A stretch of DNA of 64,000 bases from an uncultured Fibrobacteria bacterium (lineage in GTDB: Bacteria; Fibrobacterota; Fibrobacteria; UBA11236). The position numbers were made by a program, and so were the translations under genes. The stretch is from positions 3,040,001 to 3,104,000 of the forward strand of contig OY970309.1 in NCBI GenBank assembly GCA_963716395.1, read 5' to 3'. Positions 10,921 through 20,566 of the stretch are shown here, in pieces. The notes beneath the pieces are model-generated. The model did not search any database. It was given only the letters and a program-made list of their open reading frames with translations, and had not been told where the DNA came from. The first letter of the stretch is position 1; each line of letters opens with the position of its first letter.

Positions 10921-11369
10921 CATCGGAAGGAGCAAACGCTTCTTCATCGAATTAACACCAATAACGTGAGCGCAACCTGGAATAACGTGTTGCGAAGAAA
11001 ACCTAGCCTCAAGGAGATTCCGAGTTATCCCCCAGGTTGTGTTCGTGAGCGTCACATGATGTGAATCTCCGTTTGGATCGAAGCACAAAAACAAACGGTT
11101 GGTGTTTCAGTGCGATGCCGAGAAGCATCCAGGGGTCAAGACTTGGGAAGAAAGGTTAAATGCAGCGTTCACAACCTCGGTGGCGAAACCTGACGCTGCC
11201 GGCATTCCCGACTTCTTGCCTGGATAAGGTTTATCTCTGCATGGTCGAATGGTTACGCTGCTCCATCGATGAGCTCGCGACAAAAGGAGCGGTCCAGATT
11301 ATTTTGCAAAAGCCGATTGACTGGACCAGAACTTGATGGTAACTTCAGGCAAGACGAAACCGAGGTTGT
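10921..11369 (+). ncRNA. candidate large structured ncRNA / leader RNA, family not recognised
   Basis: About ten complementary segments of 7-13 bp in an ORF-poor intergenic region; G-U wobbles favour the + strand (see findings). Confidence 0.55.
11317..11345 (+). promoter_or_regulatory. putative sigma70 promoter (extended -10) for the envelope motor operon
   Basis: TTGACT(11317-22)-17 bp-TAACTT(11340-45), preceded by TGG. Confidence 0.55.
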
Positions 11370-11424
11370 CTCCACTTCGGGTTATTCATTTTCGGACAGG
11401 TCACATCACAGGGAAAAGAATAAT

Positions 11425-12951
11425 ATGCACAAGCACTTGAATGCGGCATGTCTGCTCGCCGGCTGCGTATTGCTGCATACCGCATTGGCCAAGACCATTC
11501 TGGTTCCTGGCAACTTTTCCACCATATCCACGGCGTTGATCAATGCCGACTACGGAGACTCGGTCGTCGTTTCTCCCGGGCGGTATTACGAGGACATCAC
11601 CTTGGTGCAAGGCGTCGTGCTGACCGGTACCGATCAGCACAAGTGCATTATCGACGGGATGCGACGCGGTCCCACGGTATACGCGGTTTCCGGATCGGAA
11701 ATCGCGAACTTCACCATCACCAACGGCATTGACGGTATTCTGTGCGAGAACTCCACACCCTATATCCACAATAACTGGATTCTGGACAATGAAGGCGCGG
11801 GAATCGGCGCCTTCATTTCTCTGCCCCAGATTTTCGACAACGTCATCTACGGCAACCGCTGGTCGGGAATTCTGGTGTGGGGCGCCAAATCGCTCGACAC
11901 CCGTATCGAACAAAATGTCGTCATGCGCAATGGATACAGCGGCCTGTGTTTGAAAGGTCCATCGCGCATCATCGTACGCAACAACATTTTTATCGGTAAC
12001 CATGAATACGGCGTCTTCTCCGATCCGGCGGCGGCGCAGTCGCAAATCGTCTACAACGACATCTATAAGAACGTGATGCCGTTCAACCGCTACACGCGCA
12101 TTAACAAATCGAACATCTCGCAGGAGCCGATGTTCATCGATCCCAGTCTTTCGAGCCCGAATTATTTCTGCGCCGCACGCTCCCCCATGATCCATCGCGG
12201 TTACAGCGAACTCGACATCGGTCTTGTGGCGCATAAAGCCACGACCCAGGTCGATGGAGATCGGGACGGTGACGGCATCCCAGATTCCAAAGATCAATGC
12301 CCCGATCTGGCGGAAGACAAAGATGGTTTCCAAGACCAGGATGGATGCCCGGATTACGACAACGATAATGACGGAATTCCCGATACCAAGGACAAATGTC
12401 CCAACGAAGCCGAAGATCGAGACGGCTTTGAGGATCAGGACGGATGCCCCGATCCCGACAATGATAAAGACGGCATCTGCGATCCCTGGGTGGTGCAAAA
12501 AGGCCAAAGCGCCAAGTACGCCAACATTTGCCAGGGATCCGACAAATGCCCGGACGTGGCCGGTGATGCGGCGCACAACGGGTGCCCTTATAAGGAACCC
12601 CCGAAATTGCAAGACAATTTTGTTTTGGAAGGCGTCAACTTTCGCACCGGAAGCGCCGAATTAACCGAAGATTCGTTTGCCAAACTGGATGTGGTTGCGG
12701 ACCAACTGAAGAAGTACCCCGATCGCAAATTCGAGATCGCCGGACATACCGACAACACGGCCACCGACAAGATCAACATCAAACTCTCGCTGGACCGCGC
12801 CAATGCGGTACGAGAGTACTTGATCAACAAGGGTATTGATCCCTCGCGGTTGGTGGCCAAAGGGTACGGCTCTTCTCGGCCCAAAGCGGATAACAAGACC
12901 GCTGCCGGGCGCGGCATCAACCGTCGCATTGAATTTTATCGCATCAAATAG
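11425..12951 (+). CDS. secreted protein: parallel beta-helix + thrombospondin type 3 repeats + OmpA-like peptidoglycan-binding domain
   Basis: Signal peptide MHKHLNAACLLAGCVLLHTALA; Asn-ladder beta-helix repeats; DxDGDGIPDxKDxCP repeats; OmpA_C motifs VNFRTGSA, IAGHTDN, LSLDRANAV, NRRIEF. Confidence 0.9.
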   Translation: MHKHLNAACLLAGCVLLHTALAKTILVPGNFSTISTALINADYGDSVVVSPGRYYEDITLVQGVVLTGTDQHKCIIDGMRRGPTVYAVSGSEIANFTITNGIDGILCENSTPYIHNNWILDNEGAGIGAFISLPQIFDNVIYGNRWSGILVWGAKSLDTRIEQNVVMRNGYSGLCLKGPSRIIVRNNIFIGNHEYGVFSDPAAAQSQIVYNDIYKNVMPFNRYTRINKSNISQEPMFIDPSLSSPNYFCAARSPMIHRGYSELDIGLVAHKATTQVDGDRDGDGIPDSKDQCPDLAEDKDGFQDQDGCPDYDNDNDGIPDTKDKCPNEAEDRDGFEDQDGCPDPDNDKDGICDPWVVQKGQSAKYANICQGSDKCPDVAGDAAHNGCPYKEPPKLQDNFVLEGVNFRTGSAELTEDSFAKLDVVADQLKKYPDRKFEIAGHTDNTATDKINIKLSLDRANAVREYLINKGIDPSRLVAKGYGSSRPKADNKTAAGRGINRRIEFYRIK

Positions 12952-12987
12952 TCCGGACGGCAACATCCGAAGCACTTCAACACGGGA

Positions 12988-15210
12988 GTGGAAGCCTTGA
13001 ACTACCGAATTGCCTTCCTGTCGACCTTAGCCTGCACAGCACTTGGGTTCGGGCAGATCGACTACAAACCCCATGCCTATCAGCAGAATGATTGGTTTGC
13101 GGAATACGGTGAAAACATCGGAGCCTATATAAACCCGGCCACCATTGCCGAGGCCGATCAAATCGAAGTGGGGGTGGCCGCATTTCAAACCATTTCCGGA
13201 AAGGCCGGGCAGGAGTTTTTAAGCGCCGTACACCCCTTCAGCTATAACCATACCCTGGGCGTTACCGTTTTTGAAAACGGATCCAAAATCGACGGTTCCG
13301 ATGCGGTGTACATCGAAAACGCTTACACCTTGAGCTACGCATTGCGCATGCCTTGGAGTTTTCCCAATGGTCTCAGCCATAAATTGGCTTTGGGTGTCAA
13401 CCTCACCGCCATTCAGTTCAATGCCTTTGAAACCGTGCGCAGTTTTTCCTACGGCGCCGATGTCGGGTTAACCTACAATCCCTTCACGACCTCCCAGTAC
13501 GGTCAATTGTTACTGGGGTTGGCGGTGCAAAACGCCCTGCAGCCGAAAGTCCAAACCCCTTCTAACGGGACCTATGATATTCCCCGGAATATCAACGCCT
13601 CGTTTTTCTGGCGCGGCCTGGATCGTCGCTTGGAATTGGCGGGTTCGGTGAGTGATATCGACTTCACGCATGTTTCCACTGAAGGCGGTTCCGGCGGGCA
13701 AATCGTGCCGTCGGCTCGCGCTACGCTTTACCTGTCGCCCATGCTCGGAGTCAAGGTCAAGTACACCAAACTCGGATATCCCGTGGTCGGGGCTACGGTC
13801 AATGTGCAGCGCATCAATCTGTTCCGTTACCTCCGGCTCGATCTGGATTTGTCGGACGATAAGTTTTCCGCGCAAGACGAAAACCGCGGCATCGTCTGGA
13901 ATTTTCGTGCCATCACACGTGTCGGACCCACCCGTGAGGAACGTATCGGTGAAGCCCGTTATCGCCGCCTGTTGATCGAACCCGAAGACGCCTATCGTGA
14001 AGCCATGCGCCTGTATCTGGCCCGCAAATTCTTGTTGGCCGCTTATGCCTTCGGAAAGGTGATTGCCAAATACCCTTCCTTTCACTTGGTGGACCAGGCC
14101 GCTTTTTACAAAGGGAAATCCTTTGAAAACCTGCGCATGCATGATGCGGCCCGCGATGTGTATAACGAAGCCTTGCGAAAATACACCGATTCGGATCAGC
14201 GTCCCAAATACATGTTCCAGTTGATGAACATCGATTATAAAGAAGGAAAATTCGACGAGGCGACCAAGCGCCATCAAATGATCATGAACCAATATCCCGA
14301 ATCGGATGTCCGCGCCGACGCCGATTACATTCTCGGACAAATCAAATACATCCAAAAGGATTATTACGGTGCCATCGCGTTGTTGAATCCCATTCTGCCC
14401 GGCAACGCCAACTATGTCTATGCCCGCTACACCATCGCTATGTGCGACGTGCAGCTCAAAAAAATTAAAGAGGCCGAAGCGGCCTTCCAGGATATCCTGG
14501 ACGTGAAGCCCACCAACGCTTCGGAACAGGAGATGAAGGAAATTGCCGCGGTCAAGTTGGGCCACATCAATTTCGATAAGGATCCTCCGCAGTTGGTGAA
14601 AGCCGCCGAATACTACGGTTCCGTAACTCCCTCCAGCACGCAATACGATGAAGCCTTGTTGGGATTGGCGTGGTGCTTCCTCAAGGTGAACCATCCGCAG
14701 GAATCGGCCGGGTACGCCCAGCAAATCATCGACAAAGAACCCAACAGTCTCCTGGTTCCCGAAGCGCACCTGCTCCTCGGCTATTCGGCATACTTCGCCA
14801 AAGATTATGACAAGTCGATCGCTGAATTCGACAAGGCCATCACGCTGGCGCAGCAAAAAGCCGTGACCGCCGAACAAATCCAAGAGGAAAATCAAGAGAA
14901 CGCAGCCAACAGCGCCGAATTCCTCGATATCCAGAAACAAGCTTTGCTGCTATCCAACCAGATTCCCACGCGTCGCGTGATGGAGAAGCGCGACGAACTG
15001 CGGCCGAAGTTCGATGGAGCCTACGACAAAATCCAGAAGTACGTGGAATTTTTGCATCAGGTGGAACAGTTGAAAAAATTCCTACATGACAAAGATCGGG
15101 TGATTAAAGACGCGCAATTCACCAAGGCGACAGTCTTGAACATCAAGGCGAACGCCACCCAGAATCGTGGTCCTTCGCAGCAGGAATTGAACAATCTGGA
15201 AGTGAAGTAA
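12988..15210 (+). CDS. outer-membrane beta-barrel (PorV/PorP-like) fused to TPR repeats and coiled coil
   Basis: Signal peptide; AYINPA, GADVGLTY and LGLAVQN barrel motifs; multiple TPRs (AAFYKGKSFE, ADYILGQIKY, ALLGLAWCF). Confidence 0.7.
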   Translation: MEALNYRIAFLSTLACTALGFGQIDYKPHAYQQNDWFAEYGENIGAYINPATIAEADQIEVGVAAFQTISGKAGQEFLSAVHPFSYNHTLGVTVFENGSKIDGSDAVYIENAYTLSYALRMPWSFPNGLSHKLALGVNLTAIQFNAFETVRSFSYGADVGLTYNPFTTSQYGQLLLGLAVQNALQPKVQTPSNGTYDIPRNINASFFWRGLDRRLELAGSVSDIDFTHVSTEGGSGGQIVPSARATLYLSPMLGVKVKYTKLGYPVVGATVNVQRINLFRYLRLDLDLSDDKFSAQDENRGIVWNFRAITRVGPTREERIGEARYRRLLIEPEDAYREAMRLYLARKFLLAAYAFGKVIAKYPSFHLVDQAAFYKGKSFENLRMHDAARDVYNEALRKYTDSDQRPKYMFQLMNIDYKEGKFDEATKRHQMIMNQYPESDVRADADYILGQIKYIQKDYYGAIALLNPILPGNANYVYARYTIAMCDVQLKKIKEAEAAFQDILDVKPTNASEQEMKEIAAVKLGHINFDKDPPQLVKAAEYYGSVTPSSTQYDEALLGLAWCFLKVNHPQESAGYAQQIIDKEPNSLLVPEAHLLLGYSAYFAKDYDKSIAEFDKAITLAQQKAVTAEQIQEENQENAANSAEFLDIQKQALLLSNQIPTRRVMEKRDELRPKFDGAYDKIQKYVEFLHQVEQLKKFLHDKDRVIKDAQFTKATVLNIKANATQNRGPSQQELNNLEVK

Positions 15211-15238
15211 CCCGTTACCGCGGCGGAGAGGTCGAGAA

Positions 15239-18200
15239 ATGCATATGCGAATGAGTGTGAAAGCTGGTTGGGCCCATTGGGCGGCGCTTTCTTGTCTGAC
15301 CGTGGGTTCATTGGTGATTGGAGCGCGTGCGGACAGCCGTCTGAACGATTTGAAAAAGCGCAAGGTTGATTTGGATCGCATGGAAACAACCTGCGAAGCC
15401 AAACAGGATCCGGCGCGAAGCCAATGCCTGGCCAATCGCCAGAAATTGGTCGACAAGTACAAAGAGGATCTGGAAGCCTACAAGGTCGATTTGGCCAAGC
15501 AGCAGGAATACGCGGCCAGTCATGCCAGCAATGAAGACCTGCAAACCTCCATTGCCAACCGGCAGAAAAGCATCGACGACTTCATGGCCTACGTGAACAG
15601 CTGCACGGAAAAATCGGCACGCTGCGCTTCGGCTTTGTTTCAGGTGGCCAATCTGACCTATGAGAATGAAGAAGATGCCTTTCTCATTGTCGAGGCGAAG
15701 TACGAAAAGCAATACCAGCGCTGGGAAGACCACGATGAAAAGGGGCCGACACCGGTGCAGCCGCACCGCGATCACCGCACCGCGTTGCGTCTGTTCGATC
15801 GCTTTCTCAAGGAATATCCCAACAACAAACAGGCTCCCGAGGCCTTGATTCGCAGCGCGTTCATCGCCGATGTTATGGGCAATGACGATCAAGCCTATGA
15901 ATACCTGAATCTGTTGGTAACTCGATTTCCGGACAACCCTTTGGCGATCCCGGCGTATTTGCGGTTGGGGGAGTATTGGTTGGCGAAACACCAATACGCC
16001 AAAGCCATTGCCGATTATGAGAAAGTTCCCTTGGACTATCCGGGAAACGAGGCGGGACTGGCCCTCTATCACCGCGCCGAAGCGTATTACGACATGGCGG
16101 ATTTCGAAAACGCCGCCAAGTGGTATTACGAATACGTCGACTTGGCCGACCACCATAAAATCAAGGGCGATTTACGTGACGAGGCGCAGGAATTCATGGC
16201 CGCCGCCTGGGCCGACATGGACAATGGTTTTGAAGTCGCGCAGAAATTTCTGGCCGATCATGGTCATCCCAGTTGGGAAAACGACGTCTATTATGAAATC
16301 GGCGTAAAGAACAAAGACCATGATCGGGAAGACGAATCGGTCAAAGCCTTCCAATTTTTGCTGAACCTTGATCCTACTTATCCGAAAGCTCCCGAAGCGG
16401 ATCTTGACATTGTCGAAATTCTGGCTTTGCAGAAAAAGGGAGAGGAAGCCCAGCAAGCGCGCATGGCCATGATTCAGCGCTACGCCGATGGATCGGCGTG
16501 GTTCAATGCCAATGCCGGGAACACCGAAGCCGTTGCCAAGGCCAAATTGGCGATTCGTCAGGCCATGTATGCCATTCCGGTCTATTACCATCAGAAAGGC
16601 AGCGAAGGTCAAGGCGATACCGATATGCTGCGGAAAGCTGAATCCGGTTACCAGGCATTTTTGAACCGGTACGGCACCGAAAATTCCTGGGATGTCTATC
16701 AAGTCCACCAAAACTTGGCTGTTCTCTACGACAAGTTGCAAGAATATGATCAGGCTTCTCAGGAATGGAAGTGGTGCGCCTCGGCGAATCTGTCCCTGTT
16801 TGGAAAAATTCCCGACAATAAAAAAGGGCTGATCACCAAACAAGACGCGGGCTTTAATGCCGTGCTGATGATGGATAAGGCACGCAAGCTGGCCTTACAG
16901 AACAAATACAACAACGATACCACGGCTGCTTTCCATGGTCCGGAAACGCAGGCCTATTTCGACTGCGTATCCTGGTACATGGGGCTTTACGGCAATTCCA
17001 ACTCGGCTCCGGAAATCGCATATAATGCCGCCATCATTGATTATGAGGCCAAGCAATACGATGCGGCAGTGAAGGATTTAAGCTCTCTGATTGCGCGGTT
17101 TCCAAATCACCAGCATGCCGTATTGATCCGCCGGGCCCTGGCGCAGAGCCTGTTGGAAAGCGGGCATTACGATGAGGCGGCGACCCAATTTACCATCTTG
17201 GAGAAAAAGCTTTGTCCGGCCGACAAACAATGCGCCGAAATCAAGAAGGCCTTGGCTTCGACGGTTTTCAAGCAAGCCGAAGCTTTGCATGAGGGCAATA
17301 ATCTTGCCGGGGCCGCGGAGAAATTCGGGCAGTTGGCGAACAATTTCCGCGATGTCGACATCGCGGACAGAGCTTTATTCGAAGCCGGCGTCAACTATGA
17401 CTCGGCCGGAAATATGGAGCAGGGCGTCCGCCTTCTGCTGCGTATTCCGCAGGAATACCCCAAGTCGAGCCTGCATATCAAGGCCATTCTCAAAGCCGCC
17501 GCCATTTACATGGATCACAAGAAATTTCGAGATGCTGCGGAGACTTTTCTTTTGATCCCCAAGAATTTCCGCACCGACTCATTGGCCGAACAATCGGTGG
17601 CCTGGGCGGCTGACGCGTATGAAAAAGCGGCGGACACGAACAAAGCAGCCCAGACCTACGAGTCCACCTATAAGTTGTATCCCAAAGATTCCAAAACCCC
17701 GGGCTTCCTCTACAACGCGGGTCAGGACTATGAGGCCGCCAAACAATACGGCGATGCGATTTCGGTCTACAACCTCTTGAGCGACAAATATCCCTCCAGC
17801 CAATTTGCAGCCGAAGCGGCCTTTTCCGTACCCCTGCTGTTGGATAAGAAAGGCGAGTACGCCAAGGCTGCCGCAGCTTACGAGGCTTTTACCCGGAAGT
17901 ATGACCAAGACAAAGTCAAATTGCTGCGTGCGCATCTGGGAGCCGGTACCGACTATGAGAAAGCGGGCAATGATAAAAAGGCCCTGGATCAGTACGAGGA
18001 GTGCATCGATATTCAGAAAAAAGAGGGCTCGAATATTCCTCCGGCTTTGGCTGCCGAGGCGGCCTATCGCGCAGGGGATATTTATTTCAAACGTATCAGC
18101 GGGATAGAGCTCGACGGTACCAAAGCGCAGAATGGGCGGAAATTCAAAATCATTCAGGAAAACCTGAAACCGGCCGTGCAGAACTTCGCCAAGGCCGTGC

Positions 18201-18835
18201 AATACGCCGAAGAAGAGTGGACCTTGCGCGCAACCTTGCGCATGGGCGATTTGTTCTTCGCCATCGGCAATATTTCGAATAACGAACGCGTGGCGGGTTT
18301 ATCCGCCGACGATCGCGTACGCGCCCGCATTCAAAGCAAGGCCGGAGTTCCCGATTTTCTGGACAAGGCCAAGGAGATATACAAGAAAAATCTGGATATC
18401 GGGTTGAATCAAAATATTCAAAGCCCCTGGATTGATACAGCGGGAATCCGGTTTCTGCAGTGCTATGCCATCAAAGGGCAAACCTTGGAAGACCTGAGCA
18501 AATTGTTTCTGGAAGTGAAGTTGCCGCGTTCGGCAACCGCTGCCGACAAGGCACAGTTCAAACAGGCTTCCGATGACAGCAAGAGCAAAGCCATCGACGA
18601 TTACCGTGAAGCACTGAACATGGCGCAGACGTATCATCTGGATAACGACACACGTAATCGTATCGTGTCGAGGTTGCGTGAATTGGAGCCTACCTCGACC
18701 GAATTACAACCCCAGGTTTCCGCGAAAGCCATGTCCGCAGACTCAACGGCCGTCGATAGCGGATCCCATTCGGCGACGGGCATCGGTGCGGATTCGTCCG
18801 CCAATCCCAAGGATTCTTCAGCTGCTATGCCCTAG
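15239..18835 (+). CDS. giant periplasmic TPR protein (GltD/GltE-like)
   Basis: 1198 aa, signal peptide, many TPRs of the xxFPxxxxAxxAxY type; lies next to ExbBD-like motor genes. Confidence 0.8.
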   Translation: MHMRMSVKAGWAHWAALSCLTVGSLVIGARADSRLNDLKKRKVDLDRMETTCEAKQDPARSQCLANRQKLVDKYKEDLEAYKVDLAKQQEYAASHASNEDLQTSIANRQKSIDDFMAYVNSCTEKSARCASALFQVANLTYENEEDAFLIVEAKYEKQYQRWEDHDEKGPTPVQPHRDHRTALRLFDRFLKEYPNNKQAPEALIRSAFIADVMGNDDQAYEYLNLLVTRFPDNPLAIPAYLRLGEYWLAKHQYAKAIADYEKVPLDYPGNEAGLALYHRAEAYYDMADFENAAKWYYEYVDLADHHKIKGDLRDEAQEFMAAAWADMDNGFEVAQKFLADHGHPSWENDVYYEIGVKNKDHDREDESVKAFQFLLNLDPTYPKAPEADLDIVEILALQKKGEEAQQARMAMIQRYADGSAWFNANAGNTEAVAKAKLAIRQAMYAIPVYYHQKGSEGQGDTDMLRKAESGYQAFLNRYGTENSWDVYQVHQNLAVLYDKLQEYDQASQEWKWCASANLSLFGKIPDNKKGLITKQDAGFNAVLMMDKARKLALQNKYNNDTTAAFHGPETQAYFDCVSWYMGLYGNSNSAPEIAYNAAIIDYEAKQYDAAVKDLSSLIARFPNHQHAVLIRRALAQSLLESGHYDEAATQFTILEKKLCPADKQCAEIKKALASTVFKQAEALHEGNNLAGAAEKFGQLANNFRDVDIADRALFEAGVNYDSAGNMEQGVRLLLRIPQEYPKSSLHIKAILKAAAIYMDHKKFRDAAETFLLIPKNFRTDSLAEQSVAWAADAYEKAADTNKAAQTYESTYKLYPKDSKTPGFLYNAGQDYEAAKQYGDAISVYNLLSDKYPSSQFAAEAAFSVPLLLDKKGEYAKAAAAYEAFTRKYDQDKVKLLRAHLGAGTDYEKAGNDKKALDQYEECIDIQKKEGSNIPPALAAEAAYRAGDIYFKRISGIELDGTKAQNGRKFKIIQENLKPAVQNFAKAVQYAEEEWTLRATLRMGDLFFAIGNISNNERVAGLSADDRVRARIQSKAGVPDFLDKAKEIYKKNLDIGLNQNIQSPWIDTAGIRFLQCYAIKGQTLEDLSKLFLEVKLPRSATAADKAQFKQASDDSKSKAIDDYREALNMAQTYHLDNDTRNRIVSRLRELEPTSTELQPQVSAKAMSADSTAVDSGSHSATGIGADSSANPKDSSAAMP

Positions 18836-19081
18836 TAAGGCGCGTGGTAAATCCGAAATTGAAGCGGAATGGTTTACGGCCATGAGTTTAGGGCGGAAAA
18901 GGGCGGGTTTCTTGAGAAAAAGTTTGTTTTCGGGTCGGAAAACACCCAGCGGAATTTAAAACGAATGACTATTATAACCTTGAAAATCGGGCGCATTCCG
19001 AAGACGTCACGGAATATGCGGAAGCGAGTCGGATAGTTTTCTTTTTAACACCATTTTCATTTTCATCAAAGAGAGGATCCC

Positions 19082-19693
19082 ATGGCATTAATTCTCAAAG
19101 GTTTTAACGGCGAAGGAAGGTTTTACATGTCCGTAATTATGGTGTTGGGCATCATTGCCTTGGCCATCATTGCGGAACGGTTCTTCTACATTTTTGTGCG
19201 ATCTTCCAAAGGCCGTGGAAGCTTCATGCGCAATATTGCCCAGATGCTGCAAACCGGGCGCGTATCGGAAGCCGGGCATCTTGCGGCGAGCCAGGACATT
19301 CCATTGGCAAAGATCATTTCTGCGGTTCTTCAGAACAAAGCCAAAGGACAGGCGGCCATCGAAAAGGCGGTGGACGAAGTGTACCTTACCGAAGCGCCGC
19401 GTATGAATCGCTACTTGAATCTGCTCCCGGCCCTGGCCAACATCGCCATGCTTTGCGGACTGCTCGGAACGATTTTCGGATTGATCCTGGCGTTTGACGC
19501 CGTGGCCAACCTTCCGGCCGCTCAGCGTCCGGCTGCTTTGGCGAACGGTATTTCCATCGTTATGGTCAATACCTGGACAGGTTTGGCGACGGCCATTCCG
19601 ATTCTGTTGTTCCACGGTCTTCTTTCCATGCAGTCCGAGCGTTTGCAGGAAGAGATGGAAGAAAAAGCCGTAAAAGTGATGAATCTGCTGTAA
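19082..19693 (+). CDS. MotA/TolQ/ExbB proton channel subunit (AglR-like)
   Basis: Three TM helices; ERFFY, GLLGTIFGLI, LANGIS..NT..GLATAIP. Confidence 0.92.
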   Translation: MALILKGFNGEGRFYMSVIMVLGIIALAIIAERFFYIFVRSSKGRGSFMRNIAQMLQTGRVSEAGHLAASQDIPLAKIISAVLQNKAKGQAAIEKAVDEVYLTEAPRMNRYLNLLPALANIAMLCGLLGTIFGLILAFDAVANLPAAQRPAALANGISIVMVNTWTGLATAIPILLFHGLLSMQSERLQEEMEEKAVKVMNLL

Positions 19694-19756
19694 GGTCGCA
19701 ATCGGCATGATGAACAGGTTCTTCCGAGTCGGAAGAACCGTTTAACAGGAAGCTTT

Positions 19757-20566
19757 ATGAAGAAATCCTCCGCAAAGAGAAGCAAAACTCGCGAGCTGGA
19801 TCTGATGCCCGTCATGAATCTTTTCTCGATTCTGGTGGTCATCGTGATCTCAATGGCCACCTTCGAAAAGTTAGGCGTGCTGGAATTATGGCTTCCCGAG
19901 CGTAGCCAGACTCCGACCAACACGAAGCAGGACATCGATCAAGGGCTCCTTAATCTGACCGTGGTAATTACCGACAATGGCATCACCATCGGTGCGGCCG
20001 GCGGATTTCAACCCACGGTCTATTACCAAGAGGAAATCGAATATCGCAGCCGTTCCGACCAACACGTCTTTCGCAAAGTGTTTGTCAAAGGCGAGCAGGT
20101 TCGTTCTCCCACCGACGGCAAGATCATGACGCCCGACGAACGGGAAACCATTTATCTCAACACCATCGTCAAAAAAGACTCCACCGATCCCGGCACGTAT
20201 GTGTATGCCGCCGTGAATGGCCAGGAAGAACCGATGATGGATACCTCCGGAAATTGGTATAAAGACGTTCCGCAAGTGGGCACGCTGTATCGGTTGGTGG
20301 GTGACGAGACCTACCGGAAAATGGATCCCACCACCTATCGGTTCTCCAAGGTTGAAAAACTCAGCGCGTATTATGAAGTGGCGAGAACGCTCGAACAAAT
20401 TCATCAGAAGTACGGGAAAATGGATCCCACGCCACCCGACGTCGATGACATCGTCATTCTCGCCGACGACGACGTGATCTACGACAAAATCATTCAGATG
20501 ATGGACGTATGCAAGATGGCGGGCTATGACCGCGTATCTCTGTCGCTCATCGGAGGGGAAGCCTGA
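19757..20566 (+). CDS. ExbD/TolR family subunit with large periplasmic insertion (AglS-like)
   Basis: ELDLMPVMNLFSILVV TM segment; C-terminal ILADDDVIYDKIIQMMDVC..AG. Confidence 0.85.
   Translation: MKKSSAKRSKTRELDLMPVMNLFSILVVIVISMATFEKLGVLELWLPERSQTPTNTKQDIDQGLLNLTVVITDNGITIGAAGGFQPTVYYQEEIEYRSRSDQHVFRKVFVKGEQVRSPTDGKIMTPDERETIYLNTIVKKDSTDPGTYVYAAVNGQEEPMMDTSGNWYKDVPQVGTLYRLVGDETYRKMDPTTYRFSKVEKLSAYYEVARTLEQIHQKYGKMDPTPPDVDDIVILADDDVIYDKIIQMMDVCKMAGYDRVSLSLIGGEA

Noticed and set aside
10666-11094. 142-aa minus-strand ORF across the Hc1 gene and structured region
   Set aside because: Antisense to a recognisable gene, with no motifs.
10921-11369. RNase P RNA, tmRNA or c-di-GMP riboswitch identity for the structured region
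   Set aside because: No GAGGAAAGUCC core, no tRNA-like ends, and no complete GEMM motif on either strand.
12262-12480. Repeats resembling a CRISPR or tandem array
   Set aside because: These encode thrombospondin type 3 DxDxDG repeats within a CDS; there are no identical DNA repeats with unique spacers.
13510-14940. Long antisense ORFs here and elsewhere (e.g. 11401-12612, 23551-24792)
   Set aside because: Mirror frames of real genes caused by GC-rich codon bias.
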